Positions 19,452 through 29,249 of a stretch of DNA of 64,000 bases are shown piece after piece. Position 1 is the first letter of the stretch, and each line of letters starts with the position of its first letter. The notes beneath the pieces were generated by a model. That model did no database searches and was not told where the DNA came from. It saw only the letters and a program-made list of their open reading frames with translations. This stretch comes from Nanobdellota archaeon (GTDB taxonomy: Archaea > Nanobdellota > Nanobdellia > Pacearchaeales > JAHJTO01). The translations under genes were made by a program, and so were the position numbers. The stretch spans positions 9,583 to 73,582 of the forward strand of contig JBHPFA010000001.1 in NCBI GenBank assembly GCA_042572295.1. Reading direction: 5' to 3'.

Positions 19452-19777
19452 TTGCAGTACTCTCCACATATTTTACATGTAAATTTAGTCTCTTTTGAAA
19501 ACTCTAAGATTCTTGAGATCTCAGACATTCCTGTTGAGGATCCATTTTCTATATTTGAAGCAGAAATCTTGATCTCTTTCTTTATTTCTGTAGGAAGAGT
19601 GATTTCACAAGCACGTTTCTTGTTTAGATATTGAGAGATTGCTGATTTTGTTAAGCCTAACTTTAATCCTATCTCTTTTCCAGAAAGGTTCTTGCTCATA
19701 GCCTTAGCTAATTCTTTCCTTATTGTAGGAATTAAATAAACTAACTCTGCTTTTTGAGGTAAACATCCTATAGCCAT
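19448..19777 (-). CDS. HTH transcriptional regulator of the Fe-S operon
   Basis: IPTIRKELAKAM..LSGKEIGLKLGLTKSAISQYL.KKR; C-terminal CxxC. Confidence 0.8.
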   Translation of the reverse strand: MAIGCLPQKAELVYLIPTIRKELAKAMSKNLSGKEIGLKLGLTKSAISQYLNKKRACEITLPTEIKKEIKISASNIENGSSTGMSEISRILEFSKETKFTCKICGEYCK

Positions 19778-19867
19778 ATTAGTTAACAGGTGTTAACATT
19801 TATAAAGCTTTCGTTCTAGATAGATAAATTAGAATAGATATTCTCTTTTTCTTTCAAAATAATCGTT

Positions 19868-20053
19868 TTACTCTTCTTTAGGAGCTTCTGCAGCTTCTGC
19901 TTCAGAATCTTCAACAAATTTCTTTATAGCTTCAAAGTTTTCTACAATTAACTTTGCTTTTCCTTTTCCGAAGCTAAAAGGGTATTTGTCTTCTGCATCC
20001 CTTTGCAAACGAATTATCTTATTTCCTTTGAATTCACTAAATTCTACTGTCAT
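19868..20053 (-). CDS. Small hypothetical protein
   Basis: SEFKGNKIIRL...KYPFSFGKGKAKLIVENFEAIKKF; own TATA box. Confidence 0.7.
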   Translation of the reverse strand: MTVEFSEFKGNKIIRLQRDAEDKYPFSFGKGKAKLIVENFEAIKKFVEDSEAEAAEAPKEE

Positions 20054-20198
20054 GTTTTTATTTAGGAAGAGGGTTTTTTAAACTTATTGGGCAATTATTC
20101 TTGACGAGCTTTTTTGACTATAGGACTCATAGGACTGTGATGGAATGATTATTCTTTAGTATAGAAGTTCTTTTTAATGCCTCTTCTTGAAGGTTATT

Positions 20199-20642
20199 AT
20201 GGAGCTTTATGATTTTAGGATAAGTTCTTGGGGTGTTGATACTGGATTGAATTTGGGCTTTGCATTAAAAACGAGAAGAGTGGAGATGACAGACGAGGCT
20301 TATAATCGTTTTCATGGGCATGCCAAGAAAAAGGTTGGTGATTTCGGGTTACATTTTGCAAGCAAGATGGATCAATATTATCATTTTGTTGAAAAAAGCT
20401 GGTTATTAAGAGCAATAACTGTGCCCGGAGATTGTTGTGGATTGCATCTTAGGAATCCTCCTATTGAAGATTATGATGGGGGCCTTAAATTTGTGATAAG
20501 GCCCATGTATTTCTGTGATTCTCCAAGATATGAAAGTAGGAATGTGGAACATATAGATCAAGCACATTGCCTTTTGTCTTTGTGGGGATCTTGGGTGAAG
20601 AGTGCAAGGGATCATCTAGGCATTGAGCAGAGACTTTTATAA
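20199..20642 (+). CDS. Hypothetical protein
   Basis: ~147-aa ORF; start uncertain. Confidence 0.6.
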   Translation: MELYDFRISSWGVDTGLNLGFALKTRRVEMTDEAYNRFHGHAKKKVGDFGLHFASKMDQYYHFVEKSWLLRAITVPGDCCGLHLRNPPIEDYDGGLKFVIRPMYFCDSPRYESRNVEHIDQAHCLLSLWGSWVKSARDHLGIEQRLL

Positions 20643-20664
20643 ACAGTTGATATTGCCTATTTCT

Positions 20665-21816
20665 ATGGAATCTGTGTTAATTCATTATGGGGAAATTGCA
20701 TTAAAGAAAAAGAATAAGCCTTTGTTTGAGGGCAAGCTAGTCAAGAATATCAAAGATTCTGCTGATTTTCAAAAAGTTAAGTTAAAGAGTCTAAAGAAAG
20801 AAAGGACCTTTGTTTTTTGTGAGTTTGATTCTTCAAGAGAAGATGTAAAGAGGGTTTTAGATTGTGTTTTTGGAATAAAGTATTTCTGTTTTATTGAAGA
20901 AGTGGATAAAGATGAGAAGGTTATTGTTGAAAAAGTTAAAAGTATGCTTGAAGATGTTAAGAAGAGGGGAGAAAAATCTATTGCATTCAAAACAAAAAGG
21001 GCTGATAAGAGATTTCCTTTAAAATCTCCTGAATTAAATGCATTGTTTGGGGAGGAAGCTAACAAATTAGGATTGAAGGTTGATTATTCAAATGCTTTAA
21101 CGACTATTTTTGTTGAGATTGGAGAGAAAAGATGTTTTGTATATTTTGAAAAGATAAAAGGTCCTGGAGGATTGCCTGTTGGAAGTTCTGGAAAGGTTTT
21201 ATGCTTACTTTCAGGAGGAATTGATTCTCCTGTTGCTGCTCGCCAAATAATGAGAAGAGGATGCAGGGTTGAGTTTTTACATGTACATAATTTAAGGGAA
21301 GAAGAGGCGAAGAATTCAAAGATGATTGATGTTGTAAAGATCTTAGATAAATATCAGTTCAAGACTAAATTACATTTAGTGTCTTATACTAATTATGAAT
21401 TTTCTACAATGGAAAAAGTCTCTAATAATTATGATTTAGTGTTGTTTAAGCATTATTTATTGAAGTTGGCTGAAAGATTTGCTTTAAGGAAAGGCATTAG
21501 AGCCATTGTTACAGGGGATAATTTAGGACAAGTTGCTAGCCAGACTTTAGAAAACATAAGGGCGACAAGTTATTCTGTATCTGTTCCTATATTTAGGCCT
21601 TTGTTGACATATGATAAAGATGAGATTGTTGATTTGGCTAGAAAGATAGGAACTTATGAGTTAAGTATTAAGCAATATAAGGATTGTTGTAGTATTCTTG
21701 CTAAAAACCCTGAAGTGAACACCAAGTTAGAATATTTTAAGGAAGTTCTTGAAAAGATTGATGTTGATAAGATTGTTCAAGAGAGTATTCAAAAGGTAGT
21801 TAGTGTTTCTGCTTAG
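20665..21816 (+). CDS. thiI: tRNA 4-thiouridine synthase (THUMP + PP-loop)
   Basis: HYGEIALK, GPGGLPVG, LLSGGIDSPVA, TGDNLGQVASQT, RPL, DCC. Confidence 0.93.
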   Translation: MESVLIHYGEIALKKKNKPLFEGKLVKNIKDSADFQKVKLKSLKKERTFVFCEFDSSREDVKRVLDCVFGIKYFCFIEEVDKDEKVIVEKVKSMLEDVKKRGEKSIAFKTKRADKRFPLKSPELNALFGEEANKLGLKVDYSNALTTIFVEIGEKRCFVYFEKIKGPGGLPVGSSGKVLCLLSGGIDSPVAARQIMRRGCRVEFLHVHNLREEEAKNSKMIDVVKILDKYQFKTKLHLVSYTNYEFSTMEKVSNNYDLVLFKHYLLKLAERFALRKGIRAIVTGDNLGQVASQTLENIRATSYSVSVPIFRPLLTYDKDEIVDLARKIGTYELSIKQYKDCCSILAKNPEVNTKLEYFKEVLEKIDVDKIVQESIQKVVSVSA

Positions 21817-21858
21817 AAACATATAAAAGTTCTTAGAGGTTAATGTATTTAGTAAAAG

Positions 21859-22704
21859 ATGGTGAATATTATTAAATCAAATGGAGATATACAGAGATAT
21901 AATCCCCATAAACTAAAGAATTCTTTAATGAACGCTGGAGCAGATAAAAATACTGCTATGAAAATTTTAGGTAAGGTAGAGAGAATGATCTATAATAAGA
22001 TGACTACTAAAGAGCTGTTTAAGTTTGCATTTAAAGAATTTAGGCAAATGCATCCTTATATTGGTTTGAAATATGATTTGAGGAATGCTATAATGCGTTT
22101 GGGTCCTAAAGGATTTGCTTTTGAGAAGTTAGTTTCTATGATCTTGAAGAAGAAAGGTTTTGATGTTGAGATGAATAGGTATGTCAAAGGTAAGCATGTA
22201 ACTCATGAGATTGATATTACTGCTAAGAAAGGGGAAAGAGTCTTGATGGTTGAAGCAAAATATCATAATAAGCCTTGGATCTTTTCAAGTATTCAGACTG
22301 CCTTGTATGTTTATGCAAGGTTTTTAGATGTTCAATCGGAGTTTACAAGACCTATGATTGTTGTAAATACTAAATTTTCTAGACAATCTAAGCAGTATGC
22401 AAAAGGTGTCGGGATGTATTTGATGGGTTGGAAGTATCCTGAAGGGGATAGTCTTGAGCAGAATATTGAGAAGTTAGGTGTTTATCCAATAACAATGCTT
22501 AGATGTATAAACAGAGAGCAGACTCAGATGCTCTTGAAAAGCAAGGTTGTTTTGATTGAAACTCTTGCAAATAAAACTCCTAAAGAATTGGTTAAGTTAT
22601 TGCGTGTTTCTCATAAAAAGGCAGAGAAGATATTACATGATTCTAGAATCTGTGTCGGAGAGATTGGAGTAAAGAAGCTCTTGAAAGGTCGAAAGTCTAA
22701 GTAG
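21859..22704 (+). CDS. ATP-cone + Mrr-like PD-(D/E)xK nuclease + HhH-like protein
   Basis: IIKSNGDIQRYNPHKL (ATP cone), GFAFEKLV, HEIDITA...MVEAKYH. Confidence 0.8.
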   Translation: MVNIIKSNGDIQRYNPHKLKNSLMNAGADKNTAMKILGKVERMIYNKMTTKELFKFAFKEFRQMHPYIGLKYDLRNAIMRLGPKGFAFEKLVSMILKKKGFDVEMNRYVKGKHVTHEIDITAKKGERVLMVEAKYHNKPWIFSSIQTALYVYARFLDVQSEFTRPMIVVNTKFSRQSKQYAKGVGMYLMGWKYPEGDSLEQNIEKLGVYPITMLRCINREQTQMLLKSKVVLIETLANKTPKELVKLLRVSHKKAEKILHDSRICVGEIGVKKLLKGRKSK

Positions 22705-22762
22705 TTGTCATATCATAGTGGTGACATACAGCAAGATTTAAATACTATTTGGAGCTGTTTCT

Positions 22763-22999
22763 TTGATGGAGAAAACAGGGAAAACTAAAGAATCTGCACT
22801 TGTGCATCTTCTTGACATGATCTATGTTCCTTCCTCTGTATTGAGGTGGACTCATAAGAAACATCTAGCAGGAGAGCTAGAACCAAAACCAGAGTATAAG
22901 GATTCTAAAGTCGCTGCAGTTTCAGCATATGGGGCTGCTACTTGTTTAGAAGCTATGAGATTATGTGTATATTATGAACTGTTTAATTTTGTTAAATAA
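22763..22999 (+). CDS. Hypothetical protein
   Basis: First ORF of a co-oriented ORFan run; TATA box upstream. Confidence 0.55.
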   Translation: MMEKTGKTKESALVHLLDMIYVPSSVLRWTHKKHLAGELEPKPEYKDSKVAAVSAYGAATCLEAMRLCVYYELFNFVK

Positions 23000-23017
23000 A
23001 AATAGTAGGGGAATAAA

Positions 23018-23683
23018 ATGAAGAAAAAGATGAAGTTCAAGAAGAAGAAAACTGATGGATTGACTGTGAAGCTTGCTGAACCGGATTTTAAAATAAATCA
23101 GACAGTTTATGTTCCAATGAAAAATAGAGTTCTTGAGGCAACAGTCTTAGCTTATGATGCTGGAATTGCTGAAAATGGTAAAGGTAAGGATTTGATAGGG
23201 GGAGTTTTTGGATACCAATTAAATAAATTTGTTATGTCTGGATATGGTATTGATAATCCTCTTTCTGGCAAGGTTCCTTTAGATATTTTATATTCAAATG
23301 AGAAAGAAGCTAAGGAAGCTTCAAGGTTTTTGAAAGTTGATTTAAGTGAAGATGATTGGAAATTAGCTATTGGAGATGATGGAGAGAATGATGAAACTTC
23401 TAAATATCATGTAAAAGAATCTGGTTTGAGTACTTGTTGCGCAAATATTGATGAAGCAAGAGAGGTTTTAGAATATTGTCAAGAGAAAAAAGGATTAATT
23501 GTTCATGAGAGAAATTATTTAGTAAAATTGTTAGCAGGGCATGATTTTGAGGAGGAAAAGAAAGGAATTCTAGGAGAAGTTCTTGATCAATTAGAGTTTT
23601 ATAAGATTTTTAAAGAAGAATCTAAAAAATCAAGGAAAGTTTTTGAAAAGGCAAGAAAAGATTTGAAAATAAGGTATGACTAA
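23018..23683 (+). CDS. Hypothetical protein
   Basis: 221-aa ORF with purine-rich SD-like sequence. Confidence 0.7.
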   Translation: MKKKMKFKKKKTDGLTVKLAEPDFKINQTVYVPMKNRVLEATVLAYDAGIAENGKGKDLIGGVFGYQLNKFVMSGYGIDNPLSGKVPLDILYSNEKEAKEASRFLKVDLSEDDWKLAIGDDGENDETSKYHVKESGLSTCCANIDEAREVLEYCQEKKGLIVHERNYLVKLLAGHDFEEEKKGILGEVLDQLEFYKIFKEESKKSRKVFEKARKDLKIRYD

Positions 23684-23939
23684 AATGGATGAAACTAAAT
23701 TTTTGGAACATTTAATTTATTTTTGTGGAGCGTCTACTGTTGCTTTTATAGGAACTGCTGTTCAGGCAGCAAGGCATATAAATAAGGAGAATGATAGAAT
23801 GTTTGAGGATTCTTTTTACAATAGGTTGCCTAAACCGATTAAAGACAATAATATTTACAAAGATGGTCTTGAAGCAACTCTTTCTAAAGAAGATGTTGCT
23901 AAGTTGGAGGGGTTAGAGTACCAACCTCTTAGGAGTTAA
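23676..23939 (+). CDS. Small hypothetical protein with hydrophobic segment
   Basis: Overlaps upstream stop; 87 aa. Confidence 0.6.
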   Translation: MTKMDETKFLEHLIYFCGASTVAFIGTAVQAARHINKENDRMFEDSFYNRLPKPIKDNNIYKDGLEATLSKEDVAKLEGLEYQPLRS

Positions 23940-23940
23940 G

Positions 23941-24552
23941 ATGATGCTTGGTCAAGATAAATATATGGAGGATGAAGAAGAATCTTTAGAGAATCTTTCA
24001 TTTCCAGAAAGAGTGTTTCCTAGAAAAAAGAAGACTGAAAGAGACACTTTAAACAGCAGAATTGTTGTTGTTAGTCCTTATGGTCAGCTAAATACTTATC
24101 TTAGTTCAGAAATTCCTAAAATTGTGCCTGGTGGAGACGTGGATGTAATTGATGAAGCTAAAAGCCATGCGAAACCTTATATTGATATACGTAAAAAAGA
24201 GAGCATTGCTCAAAAACCTCTTTGGATTATCGATTTTGGCAAGATTATGATCTATGATCCTACTTTAACTCAAAGAATATCTGGGAACTTAAAAAATGGT
24301 TCTTCAGTAGGAGTCAAGAAAGTGGCTTTCTTTGGAGACTATCGTTCATGGGCTAGGACAAATGATATTACTTGTTTAATCCCTAGACCAGATTTTTCTT
24401 TATATTTAGAAAGAAAAATCACTTACGATGATTATGGGAACTTTGAATCTTTTAAAGTGCCTATAAAAGGATATACTAAGGGAATTTCCTCAGATCTTGT
24501 TAATTTATCTAAAGACCGGACCAATAATCTGGAGCTGTTTACTAAATTATAA
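23941..24552 (+). CDS. Hypothetical protein
   Basis: 203-aa ORF in operon-like run. Confidence 0.65.
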   Translation: MMLGQDKYMEDEEESLENLSFPERVFPRKKKTERDTLNSRIVVVSPYGQLNTYLSSEIPKIVPGGDVDVIDEAKSHAKPYIDIRKKESIAQKPLWIIDFGKIMIYDPTLTQRISGNLKNGSSVGVKKVAFFGDYRSWARTNDITCLIPRPDFSLYLERKITYDDYGNFESFKVPIKGYTKGISSDLVNLSKDRTNNLELFTKL

Positions 24553-24569
24553 ATTTAAGAAGGAATAAA

Positions 24570-25436
24570 ATGCCAAGAGAATATGATTTTGATCACTTGA
24601 AGAATATCGGTAAGCCTTTAGAAGTACATTATGAAAGGGGTGAGAGTATCAAAGAATTTAGAATGAGGGTTGCTGATGCTCATCTTTCATTACATGGTGA
24701 TTCAATAGCAGCTGCTGAGATTGCAGCAGGGAAATCTGATAAGAAATTTAGTAAAGGAGAGCAAATGTTGTCTCTTGCGTTGTGTGTTGCCCATAATAGG
24801 GATAAAGCTGCCAAGTTAAATGCAAAAGGAGATACTTATAGGGATATTAGCTGGAAAGGATTCCATAAAGTGGCTGAGGAAAAGAATTTTGAGAAGTGTT
24901 TTTCTTATAATTTTACTTATTATCCTGAATATGGTGGAGAAAAAGTTGAGGAATTTGTTGTATGGGCTCAAAAGGAAAAGGGTATGTTATTAACTGGAGA
25001 GAGTTATTTTGTATCTCCAAGTGAAAGAAGGGTTAATAGTGCAATGTTAAATTATGAATTGCTTATGCCTGCACCCTGGGATAAATTAGACAAGATTCAA
25101 GAATTAATACTCATAAATATGATGGGGAGAGGTTCAAGCTGTCCTACTGGATCTGGACTTGAGGATAATGGAAAGCCTATTTTTGATGATGACTTTACGA
25201 CTTATTGTAAGGATTTTGATTCTAGAGAAGGATTAGTTGAGCATCTTGATATGTTAGGAAGAGCAGAAGTTTGTGGATTTAAGACAGATAGTCCATGGAA
25301 ATTTTATGATGAACACTTTTTGTGGCTTTGTGATTCTGGTGAAAGTCAAGTAAAAAGACGTAACTATCGGGAAATTGCTAAAAAGAAGATTTCTCAGTTT
25401 CCAAAAGACGTTCGTGCCATGTTAGGCCTAAAATAG
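24570..25436 (+). CDS. Hypothetical protein
   Basis: 288-aa ORF. Confidence 0.7.
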   Translation: MPREYDFDHLKNIGKPLEVHYERGESIKEFRMRVADAHLSLHGDSIAAAEIAAGKSDKKFSKGEQMLSLALCVAHNRDKAAKLNAKGDTYRDISWKGFHKVAEEKNFEKCFSYNFTYYPEYGGEKVEEFVVWAQKEKGMLLTGESYFVSPSERRVNSAMLNYELLMPAPWDKLDKIQELILINMMGRGSSCPTGSGLEDNGKPIFDDDFTTYCKDFDSREGLVEHLDMLGRAEVCGFKTDSPWKFYDEHFLWLCDSGESQVKRRNYREIAKKKISQFPKDVRAMLGLK

Positions 25437-25514
25437 GTCCAAAAAAGCTTAAATAGTGGTATATACCCTATATACTAAGGTAATATATATTTCAAGTGCC
25501 CTATTATATATAAG

Positions 25515-25649
25515 ATGAGGATAAGGAAAAGCTACCTTGAGCGTGAAGGCGATGCCGAGAAATCAGAAGATACTGATAATAAGCATTATGCTCCAGAGAA
25601 AGAAGAATATCAAAAAAGAGAGTCTTTTGACTTCTTTAGTAAGATTTAG
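25515..25649 (+). CDS. Possible 44-aa charged peptide
   Basis: MRIRKSYLEREGDAEKSEDTDNKHYAPEKEEYQKRESFDFFSKI; not in ORF track. Confidence 0.35.
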   Translation: MRIRKSYLEREGDAEKSEDTDNKHYAPEKEEYQKRESFDFFSKI

Positions 25650-25702
25650 TTGTTAGAATTAAGATGATTAATGAGATTTAGTGTTAACCCTCTACCAAGA
25701 TG

Positions 25703-25885
25703 TTATCTTTTTCTATCTGAAGAATTTTTGTCGTAGTAATCCTTCATTCTTTTTTCTTCAGCACTTAAACGAGAACTACCATCAGGGTTTGTAAGGGCTA
25801 TGCCATTATAGCCTGTTCTTAAACTACACCAATATTTATCACCGAAATGCTTTTCGATTCTGTCAAGTTCTTTATCTTTACTCAT
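25703..25885 (-). CDS. Small hypothetical protein
   Basis: 60 aa; GAGGT SD upstream. Confidence 0.55.
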   Translation of the reverse strand: MSKDKELDRIEKHFGDKYWCSLRTGYNGIALTNPDGSSRLSAEEKRMKDYYDKNSSDRKR

Positions 25886-25930
25886 TTTTTACCTCATTAA
25901 ATTGTCTTTCCATTTCTTATTCTTCTCATT

Positions 25931-26332
25931 TTATTCTACAGCTTCTCCTTCTTTTGTGTTCAGGTTATCTGCTGCGTGTTGGCAAGCCATGTAAAGGCCT
26001 GATCTAACTTCAAGGATAATTTCTTTTGCACCCTTATCTTTAGTTTTGCCTATCAACATTCCAGTTTCTTTGTATCCTTCAATCAAATTTCTGTATGCAT
26101 TAAATGCTTTAGAGTATTTTTCTATCCTGTATTCCGAAGGTTTTATGTGTCTCATACATTCTCCTAAACCAATAGCTTGTACAAAAGCATAAGAATTTGT
26201 GCTGTCTAATTGCTTCATCGTAGAATGTCCTATCTTATCAAGTGATTTTAGGGCTTTCTTTTCATCTTCTGCAAGAAGGTTTTTACCTAAATCTTTTACT
26301 AAATTTACTAAGCTTGTTATTTTTTTCTTCAT
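25931..26332 (-). CDS. Hypothetical protein
   Basis: 133 aa; GAGGAG SD. Confidence 0.65.
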   Translation of the reverse strand: MKKKITSLVNLVKDLGKNLLAEDEKKALKSLDKIGHSTMKQLDSTNSYAFVQAIGLGECMRHIKPSEYRIEKYSKAFNAYRNLIEGYKETGMLIGKTKDKGAKEIILEVRSGLYMACQHAADNLNTKEGEAVE

Positions 26333-26341
26333 TTTATCTCC

Positions 26342-26608
26342 TCAATTTAAATAAATCTCTGGTTCTGTAAGCTCTACTATTCCACTATTCAAAGTTCTTG
26401 CTTCGATAGCAAGCTTCAAAAGATGTTTTTCAAGTCCTTTCTTGCCTTTCTTTTTCAAGTAAGGATCTTTCATTTTCTTCATTGCTTTTCTGTAGTTTTG
26501 AGAGATATTCTTATAAGCTACATTATCTGCTTCGCTTAGAAAATCACTATGAGAATTATCTGCATAGTTCCAACCTTCTTCAGATTCGAATTTGTTATAT
26601 TCTACCAT
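26342..26608 (-). CDS. Hypothetical protein
   Basis: 88 aa; GGAGG SD. Confidence 0.6.
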   Translation of the reverse strand: MVEYNKFESEEGWNYADNSHSDFLSEADNVAYKNISQNYRKAMKKMKDPYLKKKGKKGLEKHLLKLAIEARTLNSGIVELTEPEIYLN

Positions 26609-26753
26609 TTGGTTTGTCCTCCTTTCCTTCGGGTTTTCCTAAATATTTATCTGTAAGTTCCTTTAGCTTTTTCTTGTCAAAATCGTGTACATCATAATTT
26701 CTTCTAAGAGGATTATACTTTTTCATAAATTCTTCAATTTCATATGTACACAT
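26595..26753 (-). CDS. Small hypothetical protein (52 aa)
   Basis: MCTYEIEEFMKKYNPLRR...; fills the operon gap exactly; not in ORF track. Confidence 0.5.
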   Translation of the reverse strand: MCTYEIEEFMKKYNPLRRNYDVHDFDKKKLKELTDKYLGKPEGKEDKPNGRI

Positions 26754-26754
26754 T

Positions 26755-27591
26755 TTACATTTGTCTCCCTTCTTGTTCTATATTTTCTTGATAAGTAGTA
26801 CATCCACCATATTGTCTTTTGATTAGCCTATTCTTTTTCTGTTCATCAGATTGGACTACATGTTCCTTATAAAATAGGTCAGTTCCCTCTTCATCTTCAT
26901 CGCCTTCTTCTCTAAATCTTTCATATTCTGCAATTGACATTAAGGCTTTGATTGATCTGTAAGCGTTTTCACCAGCATAAGCTAGCATATCTGTATCATG
27001 CTTTGTTTCTCCGTCTTTTAACCAAAGCATATAGTCTACTGCGAGATCTTTTCCAAGTGGTTCTGTTAAGGATTCGTGAACGTCACAACCCTTGCTCTTA
27101 TAGAATTCTAATTTTTCCTTGGATAATCCTCCAATGAAACTATTTGATGTTCTTAGTAAGGCTTCTATGCCTGCACTTATGTCTCTTGTAGGTTGTCTTT
27201 TACCTAATTGTTCATAAGCAAAGTCTGTTACTTCTAAAGATCTTTGATTATATTCTTCCCTAGTCTTTAGTTCTTCATCAGTCATTTCTGCTATTTTTCT
27301 TTCATATACTGCAAATTCTAGTTCTTTTGCACCTGAGTTATGTCTCAATTCTCTAGCTTCTTCTATAAAAATTAAAAATGCGTCAGCTTTTTCTCTACTG
27401 TAAATTTTATTATCGAATTTAAGATCCTTGGAAGGAGTGTCTTCATCTTTAAAATCTCCATATTTATTTACAGAAGGTGTTTTTCCAGTATATTTACCAA
27501 TTACATCTTCTAACTTTATTGGTTTATAATTTCCGCAGTCATCACTAGAATCTTTTCCTTTCAGTCCATCCATGTAATCTTCATATCTCAT
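26755..27591 (-). CDS. Hypothetical acidic protein
   Basis: 278-aa ORF with TATA box upstream. Confidence 0.7.
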   Translation of the reverse strand: MRYEDYMDGLKGKDSSDDCGNYKPIKLEDVIGKYTGKTPSVNKYGDFKDEDTPSKDLKFDNKIYSREKADAFLIFIEEARELRHNSGAKELEFAVYERKIAEMTDEELKTREEYNQRSLEVTDFAYEQLGKRQPTRDISAGIEALLRTSNSFIGGLSKEKLEFYKSKGCDVHESLTEPLGKDLAVDYMLWLKDGETKHDTDMLAYAGENAYRSIKALMSIAEYERFREEGDEDEEGTDLFYKEHVVQSDEQKKNRLIKRQYGGCTTYQENIEQEGRQM

Positions 27592-27669
27592 TTTTCTTAA
27601 TTATTATAGGTAGAACTAGTATTTAAACCTTGCTATCTGTTGTTACTGTAGGGTGGGTACAAGTGGGGA

Positions 27670-28455
27670 TTATCCACCTGCAGAAGTGTACTTGCTTATT
27701 GCCCATTTCCATGACAGCAACGATAAAATGAAGAATCCTATTACTGGAATGACTGCTACTGCTGCTCTTGATAATGGCTCTTTTCCAAGAAGAACTGCTG
27801 CAGGATAATATGATGCGATTGCAGCTGGAACTACAAATGTCAAGACAAATCTTATAGTTGTTGAATAGACTGTTATTGGCCATCTTGCGAATTTCTCAAC
27901 TACATTAATCAATTCAGCTAAACGCCATGCCTTTACAAAGATGAATGCTAAAGATGCTGTGAATACTAATAAGCTGTACATGAAAAGCACTGCTAATAAG
28001 ATGATTAAGATATAAGGGAACATTAGCCATGTGAAAATCTGCAGTTTGTATAATGCAAATCCTACGATCATCATTCCTGCTATTATTTCTCCTACTCCTT
28101 CAAAGTCAAATCCCTCTGTTGTTACGGTTGCTAATGTTGGGAAAGGTTTCAATAATACTTTATCAAACTCTCCTTCTTGTATCCTGAATATAACTACCCA
28201 TAGCATGTCTAGGAAAAATGTACGCCAGACTCCTATTGTTAAGATTAATGTACCTTGGAAAAGTATGAATTCAAATAGTGTCCATCCTGGAATCCCTGCG
28301 GAAGCTGCATAAATCAATAAGCTCACTAAAGGAGTTAATATGTCTCCTAGAATTAATCCTATCAATGTTATGAAGAACCCCATTTTGTAAGACATAGAGT
28401 TAGAGATACCGTTTTCAATTGTCTTCTTCCAAACTTTAAAAAATGTGAATTTCAT
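27670..28455 (-). CDS. ABC-2 type permease (DUF990-like)
   Basis: Multi-TM; GEFDKVLLKP, ARWPITVY, YTSAGG C-terminus; ATGA overlap with upstream gene. Confidence 0.88.
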   Translation of the reverse strand: MKFTFFKVWKKTIENGISNSMSYKMGFFITLIGLILGDILTPLVSLLIYAASAGIPGWTLFEFILFQGTLILTIGVWRTFFLDMLWVVIFRIQEGEFDKVLLKPFPTLATVTTEGFDFEGVGEIIAGMMIVGFALYKLQIFTWLMFPYILIILLAVLFMYSLLVFTASLAFIFVKAWRLAELINVVEKFARWPITVYSTTIRFVLTFVVPAAIASYYPAAVLLGKEPLSRAAVAVIPVIGFFILSLLSWKWAISKYTSAGG

Positions 28456-29249
28456 ATTCCGACTGCTGCAATCTTTCCCATTGCTTTCCTCCATATCATT
28501 GTGTATATCCAATAAAAGATGAATATCCAGATTATTGCTATTAACATTAATTCACCTATTTGTGGAAGTGTGTATCTACCTAGCCAAATATTTGCTGGAA
28601 CGAAGATTAAATATTGGAAAGGGAGGTAGTGTGAGATTGCTTGGAACCAATCTGGGAAGAATGTTAGTGGTAAGACTCCTCCAGATAAGTAAACATAGAG
28701 TATTCTTCTCATTTTTAGTATTCCATTGTTATTTATTAGCCAGAATGCAGACATCCCACTAATAAAATAGAATAGGAATGTTAGTAAGAAAGCTATTATT
28801 AATGAAAATAAGAATAATGGAAGGTAGGTGTAATCTACAGTCATAGGCAAGAATATGAAAGAGATTATCAATAAAGGAATCATTTCTGCAACTACTGCGA
28901 ATAATCTGTTGCCGATAGTTACACAGAATGTATGATTTACAAATTTATTGGGTTTTAGGAGGTCTCTTACTAATTGTCCAGAACGAACAAGATACCTTAA
29001 TTCTTGTTCTATGTTTGTGTATGTAAAGATACCTACTATCCAGATTAGGACATAATAGGTTATCATCTCTTCAAAATTAAAGCCTGCAATTACTTCTCCT
29101 GTTGCTCCAAAAATTGCGCTCCAAAGATAATAGAATACTAATAATGTTATCGGAGCTACTATAATTGTAGCAAAGAATTCAAATTTGTATGCAAGAGATT
29201 CTTTTATGGAAGTTCTTATTACTCCCATATTCTTTCTGAAGGTGCTCAT
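28452..29249 (-). CDS. ABC-2 type permease (DUF990-like)
   Basis: Multi-TM; SGQLVRDLLKP, LSGGVLPLTFFP, LPFQYLIFVP. Confidence 0.88.
   Translation of the reverse strand: MSTFRKNMGVIRTSIKESLAYKFEFFATIIVAPITLLVFYYLWSAIFGATGEVIAGFNFEEMITYYVLIWIVGIFTYTNIEQELRYLVRSGQLVRDLLKPNKFVNHTFCVTIGNRLFAVVAEMIPLLIISFIFLPMTVDYTYLPLFLFSLIIAFLLTFLFYFISGMSAFWLINNNGILKMRRILYVYLSGGVLPLTFFPDWFQAISHYLPFQYLIFVPANIWLGRYTLPQIGELMLIAIIWIFIFYWIYTMIWRKAMGKIAAVGI

Noticed and set aside
21859..22704. ATP-cone/Mrr-like gene as a restriction-modification defence system
   Set aside because: No DNA methyltransferase or other defence partner adjacent; appears stand-alone
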